DNA from: Prevotellaceae bacterium
GTDB lineage: Bacteria > Bacteroidota > Bacteroidia > Bacteroidales > Bacteroidaceae
Length of the DNA: 64,000 nucleotides
Direction: 5' to 3'
NCBI GenBank assembly: GCA_015256945.1
Contig: JABZLB010000007.1
Location: 19,732 to 83,731, forward strand
Shown: in pieces, positions 39,309 through 49,809 of the stretch
Layout of the letters: each line of letters opens with the position of its first letter
How positions within the stretch are numbered: position 1 is the first letter of the stretch
Position numbers and translations under genes: made by a program
Notes under the pieces: generated by a model
Databases searched by the model: none
Told to the model about the DNA's origin: nothing
Seen by the model: only the letters and a program-made list of their open reading frames with translations

Positions 39309-40433
39309 TTAATCCATGCTGAAACGCAAGGGCATCATCATCCTCACACAAACCTTATGGCCCTCGTGCATGCCTGGTGTGAAGCCCGAAAGACCCTTGA
39401 AACGTTCTGCAAGATAACGGCCAATAGCGGGATGTGAGGGCGAAATCATGCGCATATCGCGTACACGTCCCTCCTTGTCAACCACATAACTGAACAGCAC
39501 GCGCACCGACATTCCGTCCGTTTCGCTCCAGTTTATCCGCGGCATAACTTCCCAAAGCTTCCACGTATTCTCCCATCCTCCAGGGAAAACTGGCATATTT
39601 TCTACCTTTTTATAAATGGTATCGCCGTCGAGTGTAAGTGGAAGCATCTGCATATAAGGGTTTTGGGCCACAGGCTTGCCGGTAACAAGCTGTCGTGCCC
39701 TGCGGCTTAGCGTTTTGCTAAATTTGTCATAAGGCATATCTACCTCGTAGGTAACATTATCGGTTGGCGTTTGTATCTGCACATGATAGGCTATTTTATC
39801 TCTCTTAAGCCATACGCCATCTATCACGCTCTGTTGCATATCTGTGTAGCCGCCATCGATGAAAGGTGCAAAAAGATTGTCGTAAAAATCGGACGACAGC
39901 TGCCCACGCTCAATGTCTTTGTTCAGCATTTCCTGCGAGGTCAGCAACTTTTGGCTTATCATATCGTATGTAACGTATAGCGACTGCCGATGTGGTGTTT
40001 CGGCCGAAAGGCTTTCAGGCTTCACCTCTGCCGAAATAAAATAGGAAGCCCAACGCCCTTGTGCAAACGACTTGAGCTCGGCCTTAAGCGTTGAATAGCA
40101 GAACCGTCGGTCATCGGGAAGGCTCTTAAGCTGTCCTATTACTGGCGTTCCCATGCTGCGTGTATAGGCTGCGAGCGACGAATCAATGTCGGCCGACTCA
40201 TACCCGAACAGCTGTTTTGTGATACAACGCTTCAATGCTGCAACACGGTTAAAACTGATAACCTCGGGCCATTCTATGGTATAGTCGACCACATTAAAGT
40301 CGGAATCGCGCTGCAAAAAGAGGTGCTCGCTCATATATCGCACGTCATAGCCGTAGGCCGTGCTGTCTGTTTCCTGTGCGCCGGCTGCATAAGGCAACAG
40401 CGTGAGCAACAATAAGAAAAGTAGTTTCTTCAT
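39309..40433 (-). CDS. Secreted protein with a C-terminal TonB-C-like (energy transducer) domain
   Basis: Signal peptide. The C-terminal ~90 aa resemble the TonB C-terminal domain (NMPVFPGG...). Confidence 0.4.
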   Translation of the reverse strand: MKKLLFLLLLTLLPYAAGAQETDSTAYGYDVRYMSEHLFLQRDSDFNVVDYTIEWPEVISFNRVAALKRCITKQLFGYESADIDSSLAAYTRSMGTPVIGQLKSLPDDRRFCYSTLKAELKSFAQGRWASYFISAEVKPESLSAETPHRQSLYVTYDMISQKLLTSQEMLNKDIERGQLSSDFYDNLFAPFIDGGYTDMQQSVIDGVWLKRDKIAYHVQIQTPTDNVTYEVDMPYDKFSKTLSRRARQLVTGKPVAQNPYMQMLPLTLDGDTIYKKVENMPVFPGGWENTWKLWEVMPRINWSETDGMSVRVLFSYVVDKEGRVRDMRMISPSHPAIGRYLAERFKGLSGFTPGMHEGHKVCVRMMMPLRFSMD

Positions 40434-40468
40434 TTTTTATGATTAAATACAGACGTTGTTGCAGAACC

Positions 40469-40978
40469 TCATTTCCGTACAGAGGCCGGCATACTGACGT
40501 TACCCGAGAAGTCGATGCCCTCACGGTCGCTGCTTTGCACATTTAACGATGCACGGCCGTTGTCGAAAACAATCAGGTCGTAGCCCAGAAGCTCGTCACC
40601 GTTCTTTACATTAAACGTTATGCGGCGGCCGTCTTTCTTATATTGTGAAATAGAAAAGCCCGTAGCATGACCCTGAAAAATCAGCGGACTCTGCATGTCG
40701 TCGGGAAACTTCGAGCGGTAAGCCACGCCAAAATAAGGCAGGTAACTGTCAATGCTGTCGCCGTTGACGGTCAGCGAATAGGTTGTTGTAAGGTAGCGTG
40801 CAGGCATGCTATGGGGAAGCACATAATCGAAATGAATCGTGAACCGCCGGCTGTTAATATCGTCGTATACCCGTTGTTGCACCTCCCTGCGCTCACCGGC
40901 ACGCCGCCCGGCCGTTTGTGTTGACACGCACGAAGCCATGCAAAGTGCCACAATAAAAGCTATCCCTATTTTACGCAT
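40469..40978 (-). CDS. Hypothetical lipoprotein (DUF4251-like)
   Basis: Lipobox ASC; 169 aa. Confidence 0.35.
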   Translation of the reverse strand: MRKIGIAFIVALCMASCVSTQTAGRRAGERREVQQRVYDDINSRRFTIHFDYVLPHSMPARYLTTTYSLTVNGDSIDSYLPYFGVAYRSKFPDDMQSPLIFQGHATGFSISQYKKDGRRITFNVKNGDELLGYDLIVFDNGRASLNVQSSDREGIDFSGNVSMPASVRK

Positions 40979-41100
40979 AAGCTCTATTTTCTTGTAAAAA
41001 TACGATATTTCTCTTACTCTTACATGCTTTTTTACTTTCTTTATCTTTTAAACAGTGAACAGGCTGTTGCCTTATGCCTGCACCGTTATGCAACAAAGGT

Positions 41101-41193
41101 CATCGTTCGCCGACCGTCAGCAACGCTGCTGACGGCCGTCACACTACATGTTTGACAACCGTCAAATGCGCGTACGGCGGCCACCGAACGATG
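41101..41193. repeat. GC-rich palindromic intergenic repeat (REP-like), copy D
   Basis: The termini are inverted (CATCGTTCG ... CGAACGATG). It contains the internal stem CGACCGTCAGCA-ACGC-TGCTGACGGCCG. Confidence 0.7.
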
Positions 41194-41319
41194 AACTTTA
41201 GCTAATAACAATTACTGATTTTCCATATAAGCCCCCCTGCTTTATTCCCTATTCTCAATCTCATTTCACCCTTTTCCTTCTGTCTCACCCTCATTTTTTC
41301 TAAAGTTTAAAATATCGGT

Positions 41320-41490
41320 TCTTTAATTTTTTAATCCTATAATTCTTGAATTCTAATTGCTCTCCTTTATTTTTTTAATCTTTTCATTCTTTAATTCTAA
41401 ACGCTCCCCTTTAATTTTTTAATCCTATAATTCTTTAATTCTAAATCTTTACCTTTTTACTTTTTTAATTTTTTACTTTTATTTCCTATC
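41320..41490. repeat. AT-rich TTTAATTCT repeat cluster upstream of the SDR gene, including a 27-bp internal direct repeat
   Basis: CTTTAATTTTTTAATCCTATAATTCTT occurs at ~41321 and ~41409. It is the same family as 11468-11592. Confidence 0.6.
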
Positions 41491-41538
41491 TTTATCGCTG
41501 CAAAACAAGTTTATAGTCATATTTAAATCATACCGAAC

Positions 41539-42282
41539 ATGAAAACCGTTTTAATAACAGGTGCTACGAGTGGCATAGGTAAAGCCTGTGCCATGAAGTT
41601 TGGCGAGGCAGGCTATCGCGTAATAGCCTGGGGGCGCAACAAGGAAAAACTAACCAGGCTGAACCAGCAAATGCAGGGCGAAATAATGCCCATGGGCGTA
41701 GATGTATGCAACCGTGAGCAGGTGAAACTGGCCATCGAACGCATACATGCCGACTGGAAACCCATTGATGTACTGATTAACAATGCCGGACTGGCACAAG
41801 GACTGGAACCCGAATACGAAGGTAACTTTGACGACTGGGACCGTATGATTGATACCAACGTAAAAGGATTGCTGAACGTTACACGCCTTGTCGTACCCGA
41901 AATGGTACGCCGTAACCACGGCCATGTGATTAATATCGGCAGCGTAGCCGGCGATGCAGCCTATGCCGGAGGCAATGTTTATTGTGCCACAAAGGCGGCC
42001 GTGAAAGCCCTTACCGACGGACTGCGCATTGACGTAGCCCATACTAGGGTGCGCGTAACGAACCTGAAGCCCGGGCTTGTTGAAACCAATTTCAGCAATG
42101 TACGCTTTCATGGCGATACCGAAAGGGCGGCATCGGTTTATAAAGGCATCGAACCCCTTACGCCAGATGATATTGCCGACGTGGCCCTTTACGCCGCTTC
42201 AGCCCCCGAACATGTACAGATAGCCGAGGTTCTTATTTTGGCAACCCATCAGGCCAGCGGCAGTTACATCGTGAGAAAATAG
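41539..42282 (+). CDS. SDR-family NAD(P)-dependent oxidoreductase
   Basis: TGATSGIG Rossmann motif; S/YxxxK catalytic residues (YCATKAA). Confidence 0.8.
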   Translation: MKTVLITGATSGIGKACAMKFGEAGYRVIAWGRNKEKLTRLNQQMQGEIMPMGVDVCNREQVKLAIERIHADWKPIDVLINNAGLAQGLEPEYEGNFDDWDRMIDTNVKGLLNVTRLVVPEMVRRNHGHVINIGSVAGDAAYAGGNVYCATKAAVKALTDGLRIDVAHTRVRVTNLKPGLVETNFSNVRFHGDTERAASVYKGIEPLTPDDIADVALYAASAPEHVQIAEVLILATHQASGSYIVRK

Positions 42283-42436
42283 CCTGACGGTGGCAACAGA
42301 AAGACACACGGCCAGGCATAAAAAAACAATTTGCAGATGAAAGGACTGCAAATTACAGAACACAAAAAAGCGGATTGGAGAAGGGTTTATCCAATCCGCT
42401 TTCGCTATATATTATATAAGGTGTAAATAACAGCCG

Positions 42437-44542
42437 TTATTTCCTCGTGAACTTGCGCACCGCACGCTGCCCCCTTTCATCGGTAGTAACTACCATGTAC
42501 AGGCCCGGCTTAAGAGCTGACAAATTATTTTCATTCAGCTGACGGCCGTTAAGGTCGTATATTACCGTTGTTACCACCCTGCCGCTATTGTGCAATTGTA
42601 TGCCGTCGGCAGTTCTTGGGGTTACCGTTACGCTGTCAATGAAGAAGTCGCAAAAGTCTTTTGTCGTCGCATAAAAGCCAATATTGTAGTTGCCTTCTGT
42701 ATCAATTGTGACGTGGGTTGTTACCTTTTCCCACTTATTTGAGCCTTTCAAACCGTCAACTTTCTGCAATTCAGTTTTATAGGTTGCCGTGTCGCGCTGT
42801 GCTGTTCCCAGCATAACCTTATAGGCAATCTTGCCCCAGCTCTGTGCCTTGCGCATGTACGATAGGGTATATTCTCCTGCCTTCATGTGCAGAGCAGGCG
42901 ACATAAGCCAGTCGTGCAGCGGGTTACTTGCACCAAACGAGTGGGCAAAGGCATAGCGTCCCTTGTACGAATTGCTCTTCTGTGCACCTATTCCCCATCC
43001 CAATGTAGCGTTGGTGTGGTCGTTGATTATAAGCCATTCGTCGGTATCATCAGTTTTTTCGAAGCCCGTGTTATACGGAATTTCATGCACCTTAGCGTCA
43101 ATATAGGTAACGATAGAGGCGTTGCTTGCTCCAATTCCCTTCACGCCGCCGTATTCAGGCTCAACTACATACATATACTTGCCGGGCAAATCGAGGGTAT
43201 CTTTGTACACGGTGTCGGCAACATTATGTGCTATTTGTACGTAGCCATCGCTTTTAAGGCGATACACATTATATGTAACGTGGGTTAAATCGGCATATCC
43301 TCCATGAACGGTTTGGGTGGGACGAGTCCACGTAATGGTAACAAACTTGCCGTTGTCAGGATTGGAACAGATGACGGTATCGACCTTCTGCACCTGGTCG
43401 TAGCCGTGACGGACAACGGCAGTAGCGGGCGAACTGAGTCCGCCTGCGCCAACAGTCTGCACCTCATATGTGTTTAACCCATCGTCACAATGTTCATCTG
43501 TATACTCAAGTGCGTTGCCGGGGAGCACGGCTATGGGCGTTTCGTGCCCCAGACGATATACTCTTACCTCGCTGATTGTGCCTACGGGGTCGCCGTTTTC
43601 TGTCCTTGTGGGCAGCAGCCACTGCAAATGAACCGTGTGATGACTGGCAGCATCGGGTGTGGCCGTAAGCGATAACAGGGCACGAGGATGGTTACCTGTA
43701 TAGGGCTTACCGTCGAAATAAAGCCCCGTTACATTTGCATCCTTGGCTACAAGCGTGTCAATAGCCACGGGCACACCCGTTGAAATGTTCACACTGTCGA
43801 GCACTGAGCAATAGCGGGCACGTGCAAAATACAGCTTGTCATCAGGGCTAAAGGCCATCGACTGGAAGTATTCGTAGGTTACATTACGGTGTTGTTTGCC
43901 TATCTGCGTAGCCTTTCCCGTATACTTGTCAACCTTATAGAACTGGCGTAAATCGGACATTGCATACAGCTCTCCCCTGCTGTTGCAGGCCAGTGCAATC
44001 AGAATGGTTTCTACACGGCGCGCATATCCGTCAATGGCTGTGAGCTGGCCGATGCTGCCTACCTTTGTAAGCTTGCCGGTATTCAGGTCTACAATATAGA
44101 GGCCCGTGGTGGTAACCTTGGTGCTCGGGTCGCCTGACACCTTGTCTTCAGCCAGTGCATACATGGTGTGTGTGGTGTAATCGTATGTCATATCAGCAAT
44201 ACGCTGGTCACCATCATTATCGTTTGCCATCTTAATGGGCTTGAATTTGTACGTACCGGGTTCAATAATTCCAAAACCATACTGCGGCAGCATGCCGATA
44301 GCATCGTACTTAACGGCCGACGCGTACAGCGTATTTCCCACTTTTTCCATAGCCGTTGGCATATAATTATAGGCCGTAGTGCGGTGCGTTATCTGAAAAT
44401 CGCAAGGCGATGACGTTTTAAAGCTGACGAAACCATAGCGTCCGTCGTAGTCTCCCATTAAGAAACCGTGAGCCGTTTGCTGCGCACTCGTGGTAAGTAC
44501 AGCGGCTAAAGCTACGATTCCTGCAATACATCTTTTAATCAT
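42437..44542 (-). CDS. T9SS-secreted surface protein (beta-propeller/FN3-like repeats + choice-of-anchor-J-like domain + Por C-terminal sorting domain)
   Basis: Signal peptide. A C-terminal ~80-aa CTD ends ...YDLNGRQL...LKPGLYMVVTTDERGQRAVRKFTRK. Confidence 0.55.
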   Translation of the reverse strand: MIKRCIAGIVALAAVLTTSAQQTAHGFLMGDYDGRYGFVSFKTSSPCDFQITHRTTAYNYMPTAMEKVGNTLYASAVKYDAIGMLPQYGFGIIEPGTYKFKPIKMANDNDGDQRIADMTYDYTTHTMYALAEDKVSGDPSTKVTTTGLYIVDLNTGKLTKVGSIGQLTAIDGYARRVETILIALACNSRGELYAMSDLRQFYKVDKYTGKATQIGKQHRNVTYEYFQSMAFSPDDKLYFARARYCSVLDSVNISTGVPVAIDTLVAKDANVTGLYFDGKPYTGNHPRALLSLTATPDAASHHTVHLQWLLPTRTENGDPVGTISEVRVYRLGHETPIAVLPGNALEYTDEHCDDGLNTYEVQTVGAGGLSSPATAVVRHGYDQVQKVDTVICSNPDNGKFVTITWTRPTQTVHGGYADLTHVTYNVYRLKSDGYVQIAHNVADTVYKDTLDLPGKYMYVVEPEYGGVKGIGASNASIVTYIDAKVHEIPYNTGFEKTDDTDEWLIINDHTNATLGWGIGAQKSNSYKGRYAFAHSFGASNPLHDWLMSPALHMKAGEYTLSYMRKAQSWGKIAYKVMLGTAQRDTATYKTELQKVDGLKGSNKWEKVTTHVTIDTEGNYNIGFYATTKDFCDFFIDSVTVTPRTADGIQLHNSGRVVTTVIYDLNGRQLNENNLSALKPGLYMVVTTDERGQRAVRKFTRK

Positions 44543-44841
44543 AAAGCAAATAATACAATAAAAATTTAAAAGTTCTCAATCAGTTTTTATGTCGTCTCTC
44601 TGCCATCGGGACATCATAACCGGCAGATGTTCACGACAGCATTGCAAAGTTATCTAAATTTATTTAAAACCTATATACAATAGTCTCACTTTTGTAATAC
44701 AAAACAGCAATTTCGTAACAAAATACATTTTATTTGCATAAAATGGTAACAAAATGTAAAAATACAAATGTTTTTCGTGGTAAAATAAATTAAAATGGCT
44801 ATTTTTGTAGATAATTGTTGAACTTGTATTACATAGCGCTT

Positions 44842-47800
44842 ATGAAAAAAATCTACTTATTAGCTGTGCTCGTAATGCTTTTGTTGCATCCCGACTTTGC
44901 CTGTGCGCAATCGGCAGTACTGAGCGAAGGCTTTGAAAATGCTGTTTTTCCGCCTGCGGGATGGAGCGTAACAGACCGTGATGCTGACCATCATGGATGG
45001 CTTTTGGCAGGGCAGGGACTAAAGGTTTACGCCGGGAAACAGCTGGCCATATCGTATACCTGCGACCCGAAAGCATACCCCATTGTAGAGTATTCACGGC
45101 AGGACAACTGGCTCATTACGCCACAAATCAACATCACAAACAACGCATTTACGCTCGAATGCTTCTATGCCGAGGAAGACAATGAGTCGCACGACTCGCT
45201 TGTTGTAAGGGTGTCAACCACAGGAAACCATCCTGCCGACTTCACCGAAAAGCTGGCAGAACTCGACGTCCGCAACGAAGAGGGAGAGGTAAACTTTCAG
45301 AAACTGACACGGTCGCTGTCGAAATTCAGCGGACAAAAAATATACATTGCCTTCGTTCATACGGGGAAAGGGGGATATGGTTTAGCCCTCGACGATATAA
45401 CCATAAGCAACAAAAAAGGGCCTCAACGGGCAGGAAGTTTTACGGTTAAGCCTGCTGCCGATGGCAATCTGAAAGCTACACTGAACTGGACAAACCCGAC
45501 AAAGAACGGACTTGGTGACAATTTAACCAGCTATCAAGTGCGTATTTATCGTGACCAGCTGCTTATTGCTACCTTAAACAAGGGAACAACAACCTACACC
45601 GATGAGCATGCAACCGCAGGCATGCACACATATAGTATAGGTATTGTTACCGATGAAGGCGAATCGGCACTGCGTACAGCCAGAGCCTGCATAGGCGAAG
45701 ACGTGCCCAGCACCGTCAGAAACCTCAGGGCCGACCCACACAAAGGCAAGGTAACACTAACATGGACGGCACCTGAAACGGGTGTAAACAAAGGCTTTAT
45801 CAACCCGCAACACCTTAAATACAGCCTGTACAAGACCACCGGGGGCGTTCAAACTACCGTGGCCGAAGGCTATGAAAAGACCACCTTTACCGAAGATATT
45901 GCCGACGGGCAGACCGTTGTTTATGAGGTTGCTGCCTCCAATGCTGCCGGAACGGGAGAGAAAACGCGCGCCAACAGCGTCATTACCTACTCGGGAAGTC
46001 AGGCCGAACTAACCGTGGGTATGCAGGCAACATCCGAGTTTACCAACAGCAGGATTCCCGTAGATGCCTATTCAAAGGCTACCGTTAGCCAAACCATATA
46101 CTATCCCCACGAGTTACAGTATGTGAAAGGAGCCATTAATCATGTTATCTTCAGGAACGCATTCAGCCAGAGTACCGACCTTACACGTCCGCTTCAAGTG
46201 TATATTGGTGAAACCGATCAGGCCGATTTGAAGTTGGGTTGGGTACCCGTGGCACAATTAAATAAGGTATACGACGACACCATAACGATGAGCAGAGGTT
46301 CGAACGATATTGATATTGTATTGTCGCAACCTTACCATTACCAGGGTAAAAACCTTGTTGTAACGGTTTATGGCGCCCGTATTGACAGGACAGCACGCTA
46401 CGCCGACCATTTCCTCGTGGAACGAACTCCTGCACATGCCAACCGTTCGCGACTGCTTTCTGGCTCGTCAAATATCAATTTAACGGCACTGCCGCAGAGT
46501 AGTGACGTTATTTCGGAAGTGCCTTACACACGGTTTGTGATGACCACTACACTTACAGGCTCGCTCCACGGCAAGGTAACCGATACGCAAGGACACGCTA
46601 TTGCCGGGGCAACAGTAACATTACCTCATTATAAACTTACCGCTATCACTGCTGAAGACGGCAGTTACGATTTTGATTTTGTGCCATCAGGAGCACAGAA
46701 TATAACCGTTTCGGCCAATGGCTTTGACGATTATTCCAGGTTGGTTACGATTGAGGAAACGGGCACAGCTCTCGATATTACGCTTCCAAAATTGCAAACT
46801 TACACCTGCCATGGCGTGGTAACGAACGACAAAAACACGCCACTGGCTGGAGCTTTAGTAGCTGTTGAAGGTTACGCAAAACAGGAAACCACTACACAAG
46901 CCGACGGCAGTTTCGTACTTTCCGGTCTTTATGCCGGCAAAAAATACACGCTAACCATCAGCAAAGCCAATTACGACGTATATGCGGAAGCCCTTAATGC
47001 CACAGCCAGCGTGAACAAAGGCACCATCGTTATGCGTCATAGCCACATTCCTGCATACGCTGTTGAAGCACAGACAACGACCGACGGTAACATGCTTAAC
47101 ATCACATGGAAGAACCCATACACACGCAAGGGGCGTACACAATGGACAATAATAGGTTCTTCCAACATCCAAACGGGTACGTCAGGTGACAGCTATTACA
47201 GTGCAGATGATTATTGCGTGGCTCACCTTTGGGACGCAAAAGACATTGCCGACTCGATGATGACGGGACAGAGCTTCATGGGTATGCGCATCTATCTGCA
47301 GGCTATTTCGGGCACGTTCACCGCACACGTATGGGAGGGCGACCGCACAAACCACAAGAGCGTAGCCCAAAAAGCCATACCCCTGTCGGCCATTAGCCGC
47401 GACGGTGGCTGGGTAAACGTAGTATTTGACAAGCCGGTAGAAATCAAGAAAGGCACTACATACATGGTGGGTATACATGTAAAAAACGCGTCAACCGACC
47501 CAATTGGTGTCAACTATAAATGGGGATCGGCGCTAAAAGGCAAGAATAATCTGAAGTTTACCGACGCTGAAGGGCATTACACTTACGACGCAAGCTATGC
47601 CTTTAACATATCTGCACACGTAGGCATTCCGGGCACAACGCTGCCCGTCGACTCAACAGATGCTTCATATTTACCAGCTTATAAGGTATACCGAAGCACG
47701 CCATCGGGACAGTGGTACAGCCTGGGTACGGCAGCTTCATGTAGTTATCAGGATACCCAATGGGCGTCATTGCCTTCAGGCCACTATGTCTACAAGGTTG

Positions 47801-49020
47801 AGGCACAATATCCTGACGGAGTCTCAACAGCAGCCTTCTCGAACGATATTACCCGCCTTATTGATACCGACGCAGGTATTTCGGCCATTGTTTCGCCCAA
47901 GAAGATGATTGAAAAACAGCCTGTTGTTGAAGTTAAAGCGTATATTAAGAACTACGGAGAGAAGCCAATACACGACGTTCCTGTTAAATTGACGGTGAAC
48001 GGAGCACCTGTTGCCAGTGCCACGGTTACGGAAATGCTTGCCAAAGACGACAGCACCCTGGTAACATTCGGCAACGTTTCGCTCGATGATAACGTGATAA
48101 ACCATATAACCCTCACCACAACACTCGGTGGAGACGGCGCAAGTAGCAACGACAGTATGACGGTAACCATTTCAAATTTACCCAATATCGCTCTGCATGC
48201 CTTTCGTTGGGATGTCTTCGGTAACGCAGGACCTATCGTTATCAACACCAATAACCCTGAGGCTACAACATTAAAACGCAGCGTAACGCCAAACGAAAGC
48301 ATCGTGGCTGCCGGTTGTATGGTGAACGGCAAATTCCATGGTTTCTCCACCACATGGCAGTCGATACCGCAGCAATACCTCGTTCTCGACACCGTAAGCT
48401 GGGCTCCTGCTGAGGCAAAACCGACGAAAGATTTCGTTCTTGACATGGATTACGATGTTACACAAGGTCGTCTTTACTGCATCGCTGCTGATACATTGAC
48501 CACAAAAACCGTGCTGGCTTCGGTTGATTCAGACTTGGGAGCTCTTACCATACTGACCGAACTTGATCATCCCTATCATGCCTTTGCCATCAATAAACAG
48601 GGCGAGATGTATGGTATTACACGCAGTGGCGATCTATATAAAATTGAGCAGATTGGACTTTTCTTTAACGAAGAACGCGTTGGAAGTACAGGTATTACTG
48701 ACGTCCGTTATTTCCAGTCGATGACATTCGACAAGAAAACCAACCGTCTGCTGTGGGTACATGCCGGCGAAAACGGCACGGGCGACCTTTATGATGTCAA
48801 TACAACTACTGGCATTGCATCACTGCTGGGGCGTGTTATCGTTGGAAACGAACCCGCCGAAGCCGTAGGTTTATACACGACAGGCGGCTCAACCGATGGC
48901 ATAAAGGTTGTAACAACAAAAGTATTGACAGAAAAATGCTACAACACCGCGGGACAACGTGTGCCCCATAGCTATCACGGCGTAGTTATTGCAGGAGGTA
49001 AAAAACAATTGCAGAAATAG
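44842..49020 (+). CDS. Large T9SS-secreted surface protein (choice-of-anchor-J-like N-domain, FN3 and CarboxypepD_reg-like domains, beta-propeller, Por CTD)
   Basis: About 1392 aa from MKKIYLL. Signal peptide, GFE..FPP.GW N-domain, GKVTDTQGHAIAGATVTL carboxypeptidase-regulatory-like repeats, C-terminal sorting-domain-like tail. Confidence 0.55.
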   Translation: MKKIYLLAVLVMLLLHPDFACAQSAVLSEGFENAVFPPAGWSVTDRDADHHGWLLAGQGLKVYAGKQLAISYTCDPKAYPIVEYSRQDNWLITPQINITNNAFTLECFYAEEDNESHDSLVVRVSTTGNHPADFTEKLAELDVRNEEGEVNFQKLTRSLSKFSGQKIYIAFVHTGKGGYGLALDDITISNKKGPQRAGSFTVKPAADGNLKATLNWTNPTKNGLGDNLTSYQVRIYRDQLLIATLNKGTTTYTDEHATAGMHTYSIGIVTDEGESALRTARACIGEDVPSTVRNLRADPHKGKVTLTWTAPETGVNKGFINPQHLKYSLYKTTGGVQTTVAEGYEKTTFTEDIADGQTVVYEVAASNAAGTGEKTRANSVITYSGSQAELTVGMQATSEFTNSRIPVDAYSKATVSQTIYYPHELQYVKGAINHVIFRNAFSQSTDLTRPLQVYIGETDQADLKLGWVPVAQLNKVYDDTITMSRGSNDIDIVLSQPYHYQGKNLVVTVYGARIDRTARYADHFLVERTPAHANRSRLLSGSSNINLTALPQSSDVISEVPYTRFVMTTTLTGSLHGKVTDTQGHAIAGATVTLPHYKLTAITAEDGSYDFDFVPSGAQNITVSANGFDDYSRLVTIEETGTALDITLPKLQTYTCHGVVTNDKNTPLAGALVAVEGYAKQETTTQADGSFVLSGLYAGKKYTLTISKANYDVYAEALNATASVNKGTIVMRHSHIPAYAVEAQTTTDGNMLNITWKNPYTRKGRTQWTIIGSSNIQTGTSGDSYYSADDYCVAHLWDAKDIADSMMTGQSFMGMRIYLQAISGTFTAHVWEGDRTNHKSVAQKAIPLSAISRDGGWVNVVFDKPVEIKKGTTYMVGIHVKNASTDPIGVNYKWGSALKGKNNLKFTDAEGHYTYDASYAFNISAHVGIPGTTLPVDSTDASYLPAYKVYRSTPSGQWYSLGTAASCSYQDTQWASLPSGHYVYKVEAQYPDGVSTAAFSNDITRLIDTDAGISAIVSPKKMIEKQPVVEVKAYIKNYGEKPIHDVPVKLTVNGAPVASATVTEMLAKDDSTLVTFGNVSLDDNVINHITLTTTLGGDGASSNDSMTVTISNLPNIALHAFRWDVFGNAGPIVINTNNPEATTLKRSVTPNESIVAAGCMVNGKFHGFSTTWQSIPQQYLVLDTVSWAPAEAKPTKDFVLDMDYDVTQGRLYCIAADTLTTKTVLASVDSDLGALTILTELDHPYHAFAINKQGEMYGITRSGDLYKIEQIGLFFNEERVGSTGITDVRYFQSMTFDKKTNRLLWVHAGENGTGDLYDVNTTTGIASLLGRVIVGNEPAEAVGLYTTGGSTDGIKVVTTKVLTEKCYNTAGQRVPHSYHGVVIAGGKKQLQK

Positions 49021-49071
49021 TAATTTATCTGGAATAGCCTGCTTTTTGTTTATGAAAAAGTATGGTACAAT

Positions 49072-49105
49072 AATAAGGGTACCCAGTTTTGATGGTACCC
49101 TTATT
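49072..49105 (+). terminator. Rho-independent terminator of the large T9SS gene
   Basis: AATAAGGGTACC-N10-GGTACCCTTATT followed by ATTTTATT. Confidence 0.6.
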
Positions 49106-49661
49106 ATTTTATTATCAACATTATCCATCCTAAACATTTAATGATACCGTTTTCCTCTGCTCTTTTTCCAGCATGTAAAACCATAAATCAGGCTGTAAAT
49201 CGTGTTCCTTTTTCGTTGTCAACCTCAAACAGAACCACTGTTACATAAAAGAAGTAAGCTTCATAGCGTATTCTTTTTTCAGCCCATAGCTATGCCTCTG
49301 CCCCTTGTTTTCCACTACTCTATCATAAAAAACACACCATTATTAATAAATAATGGTCACACTCTATCTTCATTATCCCTACGTAAATATATCATAAACC
49401 TTATCCAGGCACATCGTAAACTATGTCTCAATATATCACAAACTATATCCAGATACATCATAAATTCATAAATAATATTGCTATACTTCATATATTTTAG
49501 CATAAAATATACCATTCCATACGCTTTATAACAATAAGAAAAAGGCCGACAAGCCTGCTCTATGATTAAAATTAAGCCTGTAAACAGAAAAAGAAAGCCA
49601 AACATTTGGTAAAATAAAAATAAAGCCATACCTTTGCATTCGCTTTACAAAAAGCACTGTT

Positions 49662-49735
49662 GGCGGGATAGCTCAGCTGGTTAGAGCGTCGGATTCATAA
49701 TCCGGAGGTCGTGGGTTCGGGTCCCACCCCCGCTA
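49662..49735 (+). tRNA. tRNA-Met (anticodon CAT; elongator or possibly tRNA-Ile2/lysidine type)
   Basis: GGCGGGATAGCTCAGCTGGTTAGAGCG D-arm, anticodon loop TTCATAA, T-arm GTGGG-TTCGGGT-CCCAC. The anticodon stem lacks the three consecutive G-C pairs of an initiator. The 3' 46 nt are duplicated at 61592-61637. Confidence 0.8.
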
Positions 49736-49754
49736 CGAAGGTTAAAACCTTGAA

Positions 49755-49793
49755 AATAAAGGAATTACAACGACCGTTGTAGTTCCTTTATTT
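49755..49793 (+). terminator. Element-borne terminator hairpin just downstream of the reconstituted tRNA-Met
   Basis: AAATAAAGGAA-TTACAACGACCGTTGTAG-TTCCTTTATTT: 11-bp stem with a palindromic loop. Confidence 0.5.
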
Positions 49794-49809
49794 CGTTAAT
49801 AGTCCATGT

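Noticed and set aside
42437-49020. Diversity-generating retroelement targeting the T9SS surface proteins
   Set aside because: No reverse transcriptase gene and no template/variable repeat pair were found near either gene.
49202-49629. Small ORFs 49202-49471 (+) and 49357-49629 (-) upstream of tRNA-Met
   Set aside because: They lie in a very AT-rich, low-complexity leader and have implausible composition. This is more likely promoter or leader DNA of the tRNA.
49662-49735. tRNA-Met(CAT) as an initiator tRNA
   Set aside because: The anticodon stem has only two of the three consecutive G-C pairs, and position 1-72 is not the C:A mismatch typical of bacterial initiators. It is called elongator Met, with tRNA-Ile2 (lysidine) not excluded.
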